Source of the DNA: Rhizodiscina lignyota
Taxonomy: Eukaryota
Assembly: GCA_010015805.1 (NCBI GenBank)
Contig: ML978122.1
Location: 778,453 to 842,452 of the forward strand
Length of the DNA stretch: 64,000 nucleotides
Direction: 5' to 3'
The translations under genes and the position numbers were made by a program. Below, piece by piece: positions 1 to 13,802 of the stretch; the stretch's first letter is position 1; the number at the start of each line of letters is the position of its first letter. Under the pieces are notes generated by a model. It saw only the letters and a program-made list of their open reading frames with translations, searched no databases and was not told where the DNA came from.

Positions 1-113
1 CTTATCATTTCTGTTCAATTGGGATTTCTTTCGTACAATAATAGTGTACTATGATCTTAGCGCTGTCTGATCTCGTAAATTAGGTGTCGAACGGTCGGCA
101 GCATTGACGAGTC

Positions 114-2362
114 ATGGACGCCCCAGATGCAACCGACAGAAACCACAATGAAGCTGTACAGCCATTCTCAGCACTCAAACGGCCTTCCTGCTTAGTATCA
201 CCTCCTGATTCAACGCGCACGAAGCGACCGAGGTTCAATCCAAGGAGCCTCGATGATTTCTCTAAAGCAGAGCGTACAATCCTGCAAGGAGCCGCAGAGA
301 TCCTTGATATTCCAGTCGGACATCTCCTAGCCGCAGCCACTTCCTTGTCCTCGTCTGGGAGCACTATCACTTCCCCTGACAGTCGAGATATTGGCTCTCC
401 ACCAAGCAACGATATACCAAGAGTTGATGGGATTCCATACGAGTCGACCGCGGGCCATTTCTCATTGGCATTACCAAAATCTTCTCACCTGGTACAGCGC
501 CGATTGGAGTCTTCAGGGACATCACTTGCCGTGGCAAATAATGGAGACTGGATGCAAGACCAGTCATTCAGCTGGGATGAGACGTTTGCTCCTCCACCGG
601 CGGCGTTATTTAACGATATCGATATGGATTATCAATCTCCCATTCTCATGGCCGAAGTAAATGATGTGCCCAATTCCATGGTAGAACCCAGCTTTCCATG
701 TACTCAGTCCACGGACGTAGTTGTACAGACCGCTCCCGAGCCCTTATATTTTCGTTCGGACAGGGTCCAACTCGACCTTGGAGCATTCTCTGGGGTGCCA
801 ACTGCAACATTGCTCCCGGCGAGCAATTCAGAACATCCCTCTCCTCATTCACGGACTGAAACTCGCGATAGACAGGTCGCAACCCCACCGGAATGTGCGG
901 AGGAGCGCCACAAACCCAACGATATTCGAGATGTGGGCGCGTGCATCCGCTGTCGAGAGCAGCACATACAGGTATGTCATTGCTTTCCAAGGCTTATGTC
1001 ATATTGCAATGGCCGCTGATGAACGTAGTGTGAATCAGATCCTTCGAGTCCAAATGGTTGCTGTCTCACCTGTGCCAAATTACGGACAAGGCGGCTGCCT
1101 TGTTTGCGTTATAAGGTATCAGATGCGCTGCTGTTCGATCATGCAGATCGCCCAAGGCCCTCTTGGTCCCAAAGGTGGAAAAATATGAAGATCGTCGACA
1201 TTAGAGAGTGGGCATCAGACGAAGTCAAAACCATCACCATAACTCAGGACGTTGGAAGCTCATACTATAACCTCCGAGTCCGAAAATTTGTACCTGTTCA
1301 AGGAGACTCCTTATGTCGACGATGGAAACACAATAATGAAGAGCGGTCCTTCCAATGCACACCATATGCCATCGCCAACATGCGAGAGGCTGGACACTCT
1401 CTCCTGCAATTTGCGGAAAAGACTCTCTGCGAGTCTATTTGCTTTTATATCGACGAAACTGATAAATTGCTGCGTGACACATATGCCATGGCATACCGGC
1501 ACTCAAGGTGGGCGAAGGTACGTACATCACGCCTCATATAGATTGAGCTAATATTTGGCTTAAAGCAAGAGAATGAACGACAGCTGCTTCGTGCAGTACT
1601 GCGACTCTGGTGTGCATGTCGGATGGAATCTCGGTCTGAGCGTATCTGCGGCATAGAGGCTCTTGGTATGCAGCCTCAATACTTTGAGGATAGAGATCCC
1701 AACGATGGCCATATTCTCGTACCGCCGGTATTCTCTGCTCAAATGGAGGTAATAGTAACGGCTATGATCCTCCAACCTGCACAGAAACAGGTCCTCAGAC
1801 TCCTCAATAAGGTTTTTGAGGAGTCCAAGAAGCAACGTTCCTGGTTCAGCATATATTTAGCTTTGTTCATTCTACTCCATAGTTGTGCTCTATTAACGGA
1901 GGGAGACAACAAAAAGGCGAAGAAACAAGGATCTGCGGTATGTGTTTTTGACATCAACTACAAAGGCATTGAAGTAGCTTACCGTGCAACGTCAGGCTCG
2001 CTATTTCCGAAACTCTCTGATTGAGGAGTTACATTACGGCACCAAAATTCTCCTGCACATTTTCACTACTTCATGAGAGGCAACTACCCCTTCACAGAGG
2101 ACTGGAGTTCATCAGACCAAGCGAAATGGATAGGCCTGGACTCTGAACAAGCAGAATTCTTGAAGGCGACATCATTGGAGGTCGACAAGAGAGGTATGTC
2201 GCTAAGCTCTCATCACTCCGTCATAGACCGCAAGCTGATCGATGTCGAGCAGGCGAACTCTTTCGCAATATTCGAAAAAACGATATGTTTGAGCACGAAT
2301 ATTATTTTATTTCTCAGCTCTACGATCGTGACTGGAGGCCGAAATCGACAGGTGTAGCATAG
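114..2362 (+). CDS. Zn2Cys6-like (C6 finger) fungal transcription factor, multi-exon
   Basis: Splicing intron 972-1028 (GTATGT..TAG) gives CIRCREQHIQCESDPSSPNGCCLTCAKLRTRRLPC, a six-Cys binuclear-cluster pattern. Later exons (ORFs 1104-1541, 1623-2024, 2073-) are joined by GT-AG introns. The last exon ends ...YDRDWRPKSTGVA* at 2362. Confidence 0.75.
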
Positions 2363-2381
2363 CAAAATCCCAAAGGCGAAT

Positions 2382-3185
2382 TTACGAATCGAGCGATAAC
2401 CCAACTAGCACGACACGTTCCGGAACGATTTTAGACAGCGGTCCCTCCGTCAACTTCTCTTCCGGCGTCCATGCCAGCCCTGGAAACTCTATCTTCTCTT
2501 CCTCGCCCGAGACCGTAGTTACTACTGTCACTACTGTCACAAAGCCGAAACGCTGATATAACTCACGTGCGTTTGGGTTTGCAAAGAGCGTGATGGGTAA
2601 CTGTCTTTTCCGAGCCAAGTCCAAGCCCCAGTTCAGGAGCATCGACGCAACGCCATTGCGAAAGTACTTCGGGTTCGTCGCTAGCTGAGCAAGACTGAGC
2701 TGAGCTGAGCCGTACATCTTATCGAAGTATTCTGCTTGAGCGTACCCGACGCTTGCGCGATAGACGGCCATATGGATCGGGTCAGCGTCGCGACGTCGTG
2801 GCTTGGCCGTAGGCGGCTTCACTGAAAGAGACTTAGCAAATTGCAATAAATGTTCGCTGGACTCCAAACATTTGTCATTATACTCCCCGTTAACGACTCT
2901 GCCAGGTAGACGCCAAATACTCAAGCCTACTACCTTGGTAATCGTCGGATCGTGGGGATCTGTGTTTTCCGCCACCATGATCTCACATTGAGGCATTCTG
3001 GCAGCTTCCAGCCATTCGCGGTATCGTTCCCGAGTGTATTTCCAGTGATCTTCACTGAAGCTCTTTGAAAATGGGTATCTATAACCCCATTGCGGCTCCA
3101 AAGGAAACGCGTGGATCCCAATGTATGTGAGGTGATCCAGGTCTTCGAGTCTGGCTGGGCGGATTGTGATATTCAGCCCCCTCAT
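2382..3185 (-). CDS. GNAT-family N-acetyltransferase
   Basis: N-terminal IRPARLEDL; acetyl-CoA-binding motif A LATNPKYFRNGVASMLLNWG; motif B ANPNARELYQRFGF. Probable in-frame 48-nt intron at 2822-2869. Confidence 0.85.
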   Translation of the reverse strand: MRGLNITIRPARLEDLDHLTYIGIHAFPLEPQWGYRYPFSKSFSEDHWKYTRERYREWLEAARMPQCEIMVAENTDPHDPTITKVVGLSIWRLPGRVVNGEYNDKCLESSEHLLQFAKSLSVKPPTAKPRRRDADPIHMAVYRASVGYAQAEYFDKMYGSAQLSLAQLATNPKYFRNGVASMLLNWGLDLARKRQLPITLFANPNARELYQRFGFVTVVTVVTTVSGEEEKIEFPGLAWTPEEKLTEGPLSKIVPERVVLVGLSLDS

Positions 3186-5776
3186 CGTACTGTCACTTGT
3201 CGAAGAAAGGAGCGGAATAAAGCAGACAATGATTTATAAGTATGGTGAACATATGGGGACAGGAGAGATCAGAAGTACTGTGCTGGAGCTCACGGCGCAC
3301 ATCATTCCTTTGAAGGATGTACTTAAATGCAACAGACGAAACCGCCAGATTGTCACCCGAGCGTGGGAATATATTGTGAACCAGAATACTACTACCTTCG
3401 GCGACGGGCATACTCTTAATGTGGGACATACCCAGTTGATGGTCGTACTCCTAAGATATGTACAGGGCATATCCTAAAATGTGTGAAGTACCGAATACGT
3501 GGTAAACCGGCCACAAGTAATTTGGCCACTGTTGAGGATTGGCTGAATACACTTATGCTTTGCTGAATGACACCAAAACTAGGATAGCTAGTCTGAACTG
3601 GGCTCACATTTCATTCCCACAGCCCAAGATGCCTGCATAGAACAGTCTACGTCCCACACTGCGGATGCACGAAGGATGTGCACTGGGACTACCACTTGCA
3701 GCCATGTTCTCAACGACCAATCAGATTACGCCCGGAAATCTCGGCGAGGTGCTCTGCATTAAATCTCGCCGAGATGATCGGGCTCCGTAGCGCTACGCAA
3801 GAGCCTCAACTTCTTCCCGAGAAAGTCGGAGAGCACCCCAACCTCCAGCAAGACCAATTTCGCTAATTGCAATGCCTGGCCAATACTTCTCCTGCTATTT
3901 AACCGCGGGTCGCCACAGTCACCCCATAGTTATCGTACCGAGAAAGTTTCTGGAGATGATTGTCGGCTTCCTAGTCGTCATCAGGATGACGTTCAGTTCA
4001 AACTTCTGATTATGCCAAGTTGCACTCGTTTGCTGGACGATGGCCCTCTACATACACAAAAATGCGTATTCTCAGTCTTAGTCCATGAGGGAGCTTTGCT
4101 GCCATTTAACTTGTCGGTGTTGATGCATCAATTCCTTCGGTATCTGGCAGGAGGCACAGCTTTTTACAGCTCATATTTTTTATGATATTGAGTTTTGTTG
4201 CATGGCAGTGCAGAACAGGAAGTCCTTGAATTTCATAGAACTTGAACGTGTGCAAATAAATCTAAATATACGTCTGAAGGCCAGAACAATTCCTTGACTG
4301 GCAGATCGTACATATCCAATCCAGAGCGTGATCCTTGAGATGCGTATCACAAATCGCGCGTTGCGCCAGCGCAACGGAGCGGATGCTTAGAAACGCTCCA
4401 AATGATCAGAGCAAAACACCAAAATCGTGAGCCGGCAATATCATTTGTCGGCAAATTGAGCCCCAATCCCGAGAAAATCTGCAGGGCTGCGTTCAGTACC
4501 AGGAACAGGATCGATCCGGTCGCGTGGGTCGGACTTGACGATACTCTTGTTGTAGCCACCGCGAGACGATGGAGCAACAACTGAGCAAGAAGAAGACGAG
4601 GAAGTATGGCTGCGGGAGGCTGCAAGACTGTCGCAGAATGCTCGATCGAACTCTGCTCTCAGTCAGCGATATTGCACAGAATGTTCCAACGTCGAGCGGA
4701 TACTCACCATTGCATGCCATGAGCTGCATGTATACGCTTGGTCTTGGACGCTGCGCCATTGATGATGATGTGCAATAGGTGTTAAACGAGCGACCTAATA
4801 TTGGTGTGAAGTAAAGGAATAGTTGCCTTCTTGTGCGCGATTCGATGTCGTCCAGAATTTTTCCATGTCGTCCGAACGCTACTTTAAATATCGATTTGAA
4901 TCTCGCAAAGTCGAATGCCATCGATTTCACCGATAATATCGTACGACCTCCTAGTTACTCGGGGAGCAGTCACCTGAACACGCGTTTTGGGAGCGATCAT
5001 CATCGGGTTGTCATATTCAACTGGCGTCGCGGCGCTTTGCTGATGAGACCATCCAGCAAGCTCTACGTAAGCAAGGAGAATTTTTGACTTGGGAAATGAT
5101 CGACAGCGGCGCTGTTGTCTAAAACTCGCGCGGGTGAGGGTGCGTAGACCATATTGGATGATGACCGGCCTCGTGGATGCCTTAGGAACGAATCGTTGTC
5201 AACTCATTCGCGCAATTTTGCTTCTGCGTATCGTAAGCTTGTAGACCAGAATGCAATCACCACGAACTATCATTATTTAGCATTCTGACAAATGAACAGA
5301 TTGGTTGCACACAATGTTTCCGCATTTGCAACCACCAGCCGCTTCGGGCGGTGCCAAAACATAGCCACACTGTGGCTTGCCCGACAAAACCGGTGAAGTT
5401 GGTGAAACGGGAAGTGAAACGTTTCTAAGCGAAAGGGTAATTGACATGTGAGAGAGGAAATTCTTTTGGTAAATCTTCGCCGGTGAGGAAGAGGAGCTTT
5501 GCGGACTGGCTCCTTTCTATGGAATGGGTACTAAGCAATCTTGACACACACAAACGCGATGCTGATCTCCGCACATCTAGGCACAGCACTGAGTAAGCAT
5601 AGTCCACTAACGATAAAATATCAAAGGGAAATGGAAAGTATGCCTTACAAATAGCGTTCAACCATCCTATATTTGGTAAACGACCAAGCTCTGTATAAGC
5701 CGGCAAGGCAAACCCCACGCTGTGAACCGCTCCCAACCACATGACGTGAACGCCTATCGCTAGAAACGAGCCACTT

Positions 5777-8286
5777 TTACACTTCTTGAATATAATTGGC
5801 AGGCACAACCGCCGTCTTCCCACCCTTCTCAACCTCCGCCCACCCATCGCCAGAGTCCTTATTGATGAGGACAAACCTTTCGCCCTCGGCCATGCTATGC
5901 TCTGCATCGCTTCTTGCCTCGTAGTCGTATAGTGCCTCAACATACTTCAGCTTCTTTGCACCACGTTTCGGAGCCACCGCTGGGCCTTTCTTCTTCACAG
6001 CGCCGCCGATACTGCCAGCGATTGAAGCGGAGAGCGAGGCGGAGGACGAGTGAGAGTAAGTCGAGTCTGGGCGTGCGGACATTGGTGTCGATGGAGTAGG
6101 TGCAGATGTCGGAGGGAAGAGTTCGACGTAGGTGGCTGGGACGAGGCCTTCGAGATAGCCCGCTCGGACTTTCATCCACCCTGTTCCATCTAGATTAACG
6201 TTAGCAGTGTGATTTAACAATGAATTGAAATGCCACTGTAATACCATCTGGTTCAAGCAAAATGACTTCTCGTCCTTCATGCACCGTAATCTCACCGTCA
6301 CCATTCTTCTGATACTCGTACAACATCTTGCCTTTCCTCTCCAGTGCATTACCAGCATCTCCACCCGCGTCTGGATCCGAGGCATAGTGCATCGGCGGCG
6401 GTGCCATGACACGTTTCCTTGCCGCAGCAGCAGGAGCAGGTGCAGGTTTACTAGCTGCAGGGACTTCTGGAGCGCCCTGCTCAGGTGGGGGAGGCATCGA
6501 AGCGCTAGATATTGATCGATGTGCTGTGTGTGAATATCCAGAGCTGAGTGTGTTCATCGAGTTGACGGTGTCGGATCTTGATATGCCTGGTAGATCCGAT
6601 GCAGATCCAGAGCTCATGGTGCCGTTCGATGTCGTTAACCTCGAAGCGGCTTCTTGCCTTTCAATCTTGAGTCTCTTTTTTTCCTCCTTTGTCTGCTCAC
6701 CTGGACAGTCTGCCGGGACTTTCAGCTCGCACTTGCTGTGACAAGTGTAACCACAATCCCGACATACGAAGCCCTTCGCCGACAGCCCCCAAATTCGATC
6801 CCCACAAAGGTCGCAATTTGTAGGGATTTTGAAGGTCTCGGATTTGAAGTCGTGATTTTGCGCGCCTATGCTGACATCGCCAACTGCCTGTGTTACAGTG
6901 GCAACTTCGACTTCCGCTGTAACCTTCTTTCGCTCGGCTTCGTGGAGACCCTCTTGGAGATGAAATACGGCGCGGACACATTCGACCTCGTCCCGTTTGT
7001 CCTTACCTTCACGTATCAGCTGCCTCACTTTTCTGGCATTATCGACTTCCTTTCTCTTCCCATCTGAATCTCGTTTTGCCTCGATCAATTGGCTCTTGCT
7101 CTTGAGCAGGATGTTTCTAAGGAAATTCTTCGCCGCTTCGTTCGTGATCATTGCATCATCATCGTGCCATACAGGACTAGGCTCGAATACCAGATTCCCA
7201 GGCTCTTGCCAGTTGGCGAGGTTATGTCTCATGAACATCATAGAGTCTAGCACTGGGTTATTACGAGGTATTTCAGTTGATAGGTGGTCGAGATAGCTGG
7301 TGCTGCGGGTCATGACGGATTTTTCCAGGTCTGCAGCCGTTAACCAGATCTGGTTGAGTCTATTGATACGAGTTTCCGAAAGATCCTGCATGCTCTGTTC
7401 GGCTTGTGAGCTTGCTCTGCCCTGTCCAACGAGCCGAAGGTACCTACGTCTAATAATTCCGGGACATATTCATGATAATACCGCTCTTTCTGCTTGTTGG
7501 TGACGTTGATGTTGATGAGATAAGTATTCTAACCAGCTGTGAGCGAAGCCAAAGTAGCAGACAAGCTGATACCATACTTTTACGTTGTATACCTCGTTCT
7601 GCTGCTGTTGATATGCCAGCGCCGCCTTTTGTTTCCCATGATCAAAAGCACCATCGCTCTTTTTCCGTCTGCTTTCTAGTTCCTGACAAGCCGAGTCATA
7701 TTTGCCCTTCATCTTCCGTAGGTCGCCGTACGCGCCATCTCGCTCCTTCTCTAACTTTCCCGCGAAATCAGCATGAAGCTTCCTCAGCTCTTCATACCGA
7801 GTCTGTAGATGTTTTAAAGGATCCGCAAGATTTGCAATTAGTTGTCCGGCGTACTTGTCGTGTTCGGCGGCACGGCTTTCAAGGGTGGTAAGTTGGACGG
7901 TCCACGTTGTCATAGACGCGCTTTCGAGGGAGCCTGGGGTAACAGTGGGCGTGTCTCCAACACTCAAACTGCTCGACTTCTTCGCCTTCCTCTCAAAGTA
8001 CTTCTTCGCTAGAGCACTGAGCTTGCTCGCATATTCCCGCTCGATCGCGCTTCGTTCGCGGTAGAATTGCTGAATGTCGTCGAGCCAATTAATGCCATTT
8101 GAGACCTGTGTGCACAGCGGTCAGCGTCCATTCTGGGCTCTACGGGGGATGCGGAGTATACTCACCCATGCGTTGACGGGTTTGAAGCCATCCTATTCCG
8201 CGTGTAAGCCTGAACTTCTCCACAGCGAATAGCAGCGGTACCTTGAGCGTGGCCCCGAATTTGGGAGCAGTGTCGACTTCAGCCAT
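5777..8286 (-). CDS. BZZ1: Bzz1 (F-BAR + C1 + two SH3 domains), actin patch/endocytosis protein
   Basis: ATG at 8286 (MAEVDTAPKFGATLK); F-BAR helical region; C1 domain HDFKSETFKIPTNCDLCGDRIWGLSAKGFVCRDCGYTCHSKC; two SH3 domains (MLYEYQKNGDGEI..GLVPATYV and ALYDYEARSDAEHS..VVPANYI). Confidence 0.93.
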
Positions 8287-8771
8287 TATTCCGCGCTGCA
8301 AATATCACGAAGAAGGCGGTTGAAGGGCGACTTGAATACCGAATGGATGGCATGGAGATATTGGGCGGACGCTGGAAATAGGATGGGCATTACGACGACA
8401 CGAGGTCGGCATTGTTGCGTGGTGGGGCACCTTGTGGCACTTTCAGCCTCAAGCCCTTTGGAGCTTCCCGCGCGAATCTTTACCCCACAACGACAATAGA
8501 CAAATTTCCCCCATTCACGACAATAGCCAGCCTCTCCAATATACCGGCCTCTCCGGCCTCTGGTCTCTTGGACACTCTTGCAGAGCTCTCAATTCACTAT
8601 CCTTTCTTCTTTCACACTCTCTCATGGCAGCTTGAAGCTCGACTCCACCAGCTCTATTTGCAGGCAGCTGCGCTTTTCGCGCCTCTTGGTGAATATCTAA
8701 ACACACTGCTGCGACGACACCACTCGAACACCTCTCCACCTCCACCTCAACCTACTCTCCCTCACATCAAG

Positions 8772-10386
8772 ATGTCGACAGAGGAGGCCAAGCCCGAGGC
8801 CGCCGCTCCCTCCCTTGCCAGCAGGATCACTCACGACGAGCCCGACACAAAGAGCGATCTCGAGAGCGCGCAGACAGATGGCGCGCCTGAAGAGCTGAAC
8901 GGATCTGGCCTCGCAGAGCCAGAGTACGACGTCCAGGTGTCGCTGAATGACCTTCAACAAGATCCGAACAACCCTCTCTACTCTGTAAAGTCCTTTGAAC
9001 AGCTCGACCTGTGCGTGTCCTCTCCCCCAAATAAAGCTGTGTACAAAGTGTTACTAACACTCCAATCATAGAAAACAAGAGATCCTGAAAGGCCTCTATG
9101 CCATGAATTTTCGCAAGCCGTCCAAGATCCAGGAGCGCGCCCTTCCCCTCCTCCTCATGAACCCGCCGCAGAACCTCATCGGACAGTCTCAGTCGGGCAC
9201 TGGCAAGACCGCCGCCTTCGTGCTCAACATACTCTCACGCGTCGACACGAGCGACCGCACTCCGCAAGCCCTTGTGCTGGCCCCTTCGCGCGAATTGGCG
9301 AGGCAGATCATGGGTGTCATCGAAGTCATGGGACAGTTCATTCCTGACTTGTCGGTCTATCCGGCTGTGCCAGATCCAGCGCGCAGGAATCAGAAGGTTG
9401 AGGGCCATATTGTGGTTGGCACGCCAGGCACAGTCACGGACCAGATCCGCAGAAGACTCATGGATGTGTCAAAGATGAAGACGCTTGTCTTGGACGAGGC
9501 CGACAATATGCTCGACCAGCAGGGCTTGGGTGATCAGTGCAAGCGTGTGAAGCTGTGCGTAAACAGATTCAAAGATTTTGGAGGAAAATTCTAACAGAAT
9601 TCCAGGCTACTCCCTAAGGATGTCCAGACCGTTCTGTTCTCCGCCACCTTCCCGACGGACGTGCTGCGCTACGCAGATATCTTCGCGCCTCGCGCCAACA
9701 AGCTCACCTTGAAGCACGAGGAGCTCACAGTCGAGGGCATTAAGCAGTTTTTCTTCGACTGCGACTCTGAGCAGACCAAGTACGACATCCTGGTCAAGTT
9801 CTACGGTCTCATGACTATCTCCTCGTCCATCATCTTCGTTAGGGTGAGTTTTATTCTACCACAATCTCATAAGATAGACACAGGCTTACAATATGATGAA
9901 CAGCGCCGTGACACCGCCGCCGAGATCGAGCGCCGCATGGTCGCTGACGGCCACAAGGTCGCCCAGCTCACTGGTGCCTTGGAGGGCCCGGAGCGCGACA
10001 AAATCATCGACAAGTTCCGCAGCGGCGAGGCCAAGGTTCTTATCACCACGAACGTGCTGGCGCGCGGCATCGACGTGCAGACGGTGACCATGGTGATCAA
10101 CTACGACATTCCCGAGGGTCCTCGCGGCGAGCCCGATGCCGAGACTTATTTGCACCGTATCGGTCGCACGGGTCGCTTCGGTCGTGTAGGTGTGGCGATC
10201 AGCTTCGTGAGCGACAAGAAGGCATGGGAGAACTTGAACGCTATCGGAGCAAATTTCGGCGTTGACATCGTCCCGTTACCAACTGATAATTGGGATGAGG
10301 TAGAGGAGACAGTTAAGAAGGTCATCAAGAGCCACCGCGCGGGCAAGACGACGAAGGAGATGAACAAGGGGTTGAACAAGGAGTGA
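8772..10386 (+). CDS. DBP5: DEAD-box RNA helicase Dbp5 (mRNA export)
   Basis: Q motif [65 protein letters not shown]-terminal [15 protein letters not shown]; introns at about 9011-9071, 9555-9606 and 9844-9903. Confidence 0.95.
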
Positions 10387-13211
10387 GTCAGCATGGCGGT
10401 GGTTCTTGCTTGAAGGAGGTCATCTTCGATCAAGTTTTTACACCAAGTCAGTTTCAGGGCTTCACGCAGCAGCCGCATCTGGAAATGGATTGGAGATATT
10501 AAGGATGCTGAAGAACGGAATTTGCATATGGATTGATTCCGCACGCCGTTGTTTGTCAGGAACACAGCGGTTCCCTTGCGGAGGTTGCGACACTGCATAT
10601 CTTTTCTTTTACACCGGAATGAACGAGAATGATAAAAAAATACCCCACTTTCATGCTATCTGTAGCATATTTGTCGGATTTCCAGATTAGTTTCTCTAGG
10701 AACAATTCGACATCACTCCACACCACAATCCGTCTTGCGAGTCACAGCCTACAGTTCGTTATCTTTCCAGGAATCTGGAGACTTCCAATCACCTCACACC
10801 ACGACTGCCGAGAAGCTCAGATAATGCAAGCCATGAGAATGATACCGGTTTATACTCAGCTCTTGAACGGTCGCCGAATCAAGAGTTTGAAGCCCCATAG
10901 TCCCTTCCCGAACCACGCCGTTGGGTGCTTTGTACATACGGCCCGGACCATAGCGTAGGGTTTGGCCGGCCCTGAGCCCTCTGATGCAGTACCACATACC
11001 AATGCACTGATCTTCGGGAAGAGCTGCAAAATGCTTCGAAACGACGCCGTGAAACCCCGTTTTCTCAGCCTCAGCTCGTGCAACTCTCAACAAGTTCCTG
11101 GATGTCTTACATACGTAAGTGGAAAAAAGGAAAAAAAAAACTGTTGAGTGTCTCTCTTTGCCAAAATCGTGGGGTAAAGCTTTCCAAATTATCCCGCAGA
11201 TCATTGCGTCTCACGGGTCGTGTCTGTTTCGCGTAGAATTATTTTATCCTGCCTTGGCTTTTCCCGCGAGTGCGTGCATTCCGTGGCTCGTGGCTATTGG
11301 GTTCCTGGCGTGCGCGGAGAGACCGGGCTTGCAGCGCTTGCAGCGACAATTCTCGTGCTGCTGAACTCTGCTGCACATTCATCTGAAAGCAGCCTAGGTG
11401 GAGAAGCTATGGCTTCGCTCTGTCCCGCATTTACGCGCATGCTGGAGGGTGGATGAGAGAGCGTGTTCGTGCGCATGCTGGGGGATGGACGGAAGGAGGT
11501 GTTCGGTCCTTGATGCCAATTGAGGCTGCTTCATTGCATCGCTGCCGTTATAGGCAGTAATGGCATACAGCTGCGGCTGTCCGGATGGCATCCTATCGTG
11601 CGCCTGACCAGTGCTCGTCCATCAGGCCATGGAACATGGTTGTTTTGGCGAGAGAGTAAGAGATCGTCACCGATCAGCGTTGGCCTTGTTGGACCCTCAA
11701 ATTCACATGTGCGCTGCCGTCACAAGGAAGGGAAATGCACGATGGAGAGAGAGGAGGAATGTCTTTTCTGCGTATAGACGGAAGGTCGAATACGAGAGTG
11801 TGTGTGAGGTGGAGGTACACAGAGAAGCGCCACGCTAACTTTAGAGAAAAAATTTTAATAGGTTAGTAGAGAGTATAGTAATAGATCAACTACCGATAGT
11901 GCCATGGCGTGATGCAAGCCTCGTGCTTAGTTGTCCGTTAATTACGTGAGTGACGAAGGAAGAAGCTATAACAAGGAGAGTCAAGATCTTCACGAAAGAT
12001 GCTACTCATTTGAGAGACGAAAATATAAGCCGTCAAATACCTTGAATCGGGCAATGGAGCTTTCCGGAGAAGTTCATGGGCAACAAGGTGATACGAGACA
12101 GTACGGAGTTTGATCCTTCGCAACCACCGACGATGGAGGAATGTCGCAGACGAAGAGAGCCTGATATTGTATGCAGCTGTACCGAGAGCCGCCAAGGTAG
12201 GACAGGAAAGAAAAACGTGACACGGTGCATGAGGCCAGCAGCTGGAGTGTGGAGTGTATGGTTCGGAATGCAATGGCTTTTCACCAGGCTTGCGTTAGCG
12301 TTTCGCCTCAACCACAACGTCATTTTCGAGCCGCTTCTTTATCGCCATTCGCCAAAGCATGTCCAACACGTTGCTTTCCTCCTTTTTTGATTTTCAAGGT
12401 CTTGATGAGTCACGAGGGAGGCAATCATGGGCGTCTCCAGTGTAATGGGCGCTGCCGGCTCCGCTCGCCAATTGTTTGTCCGATGATGAAATTGACGTCT
12501 CTTCACCGTGTAGAGAAAGCGCCGTCTTTGACGACATTCGCTTCGGAGTAAATGGCCATCTGACTGGCTTGGCGGAACGACGGCCTGCATATGCTGTTCC
12601 ATACGAATCCCCGTCTGCACCGCCATGCCCTGGAGGTACCTTGAGAGGTGATGGACATTGTCGATCGACGGTCCGAGGGTCGAGCAAGATACGAGTTTTA
12701 GCCCAGTAGCCAAACAGCCAGCACTCCGGGCGCCGTTGGAGCGAGAGCCGCAAATCACACGCAGGCAGAGCAGCACCTGGAGTGAAACGCAGTTCGGCGG
12801 CGGGTCCAGGGACAAGGTGGGTACCAGGGAAGGGCGAGTCTGGCGAGAGGTTGGAAGCGAAACGAGCCAACGGGGCGCTTGCTGCGCTTCTGCGATCAAC
12901 GCGAAAGCGACTTACAAAAGGTGCGCGCTGGCCTCTGCTCCACACGCCCAGCGATCACTTGCCTGCTCCGCACAACCACTCATTTGCTGCCGCGACACCC
13001 GAGGGTTTACTTAGATACATAGCACAGATGCTCCCATCTGTTGCAACGAGACCACACCACACGAAATCCCATGCAACAGACGGCTTTGAATTAAATTATC
13101 CAAAGCTACGACACTGCGGTTAATGCAGGAAAAGCTTCGTTTTGTCTTCATCATCCGGGCGACGGAAAAATAAATTCGTCGCCATCATCTAGTCGGCGCC
13201 GTAACAAAAAT

Positions 13212-13802
13212 ATGCCCTCTCCGCCGACATCAAACCCAAACCAGCACCAGCACCAGCCATCCTCACCACTTTCACCCCACCACTCTGACACCCTCCGTAC
13301 CACCATGGCGAACTCTGCAAGGCGACCAGCGATGCGGACCAACAGTTCCTCACGGCCAGGCAGCTTGAAGCTCCCGTCACTACCTCGATTCCATCCAGCG
13401 AATTTCCCTTCGCAGTCATCGAGCTTCGCATCGACTCCTGCTTCTGGCGTCAACAGCCCTCAGCCGCCAATGTCTCCTCGCTCGCAACAACGACAATACT
13501 CGGACGCGCAGCGACAGCTGTACGTCTACCAGCGAGAGCTTCTTGCCAACGCCGGAAAGATCCCATCAAGACCTGCACCAACCAGCAGACCAATCAGCCC
13601 AAGACTAGCACCGGCAGGCAGCCCTGGACCAGTCACGCCACTGGAGCTCGAGAATGAGGGTGGATATCTCATGGCCGGCGGACATTCGCCAGGCACAAAT
13701 GAGCAGGCGCAAAGAGAATACGTGGAGAAACTGATTCGGGAGGAGGCAGCACGTCGGGGCGACATATCGCCAAAGCGGACACAGACTGTCGGCAGCTACT
13801 GA
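13212..13802 (+). CDS. Conserved fungal Ser/Pro-rich hypothetical protein
   Basis: Intronless 196-aa ORF with motifs LKLPSLPRFHPANF and SPRLAPAGSPGPVTPLELE..GYL that I recognise from uncharacterised Pezizomycotina proteins. Function unknown. Confidence 0.7.
   Translation: MPSPPTSNPNQHQHQPSSPLSPHHSDTLRTTMANSARRPAMRTNSSSRPGSLKLPSLPRFHPANFPSQSSSFASTPASGVNSPQPPMSPRSQQRQYSDAQRQLYVYQRELLANAGKIPSRPAPTSRPISPRLAPAGSPGPVTPLELENEGGYLMAGGHSPGTNEQAQREYVEKLIREEAARRGDISPKRTQTVGSY

Noticed and set aside
4180..5090. ORFs 4493-4930 and neighbours as a gene
   Set aside because: No recognisable domain or consistent gene model; possibly decayed sequence.
10400..13200. Short ORFs in the long region upstream of the 13212 gene
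   Set aside because: No coding signature; more likely extended promoter/UTR. No RNA gene was recognisable.
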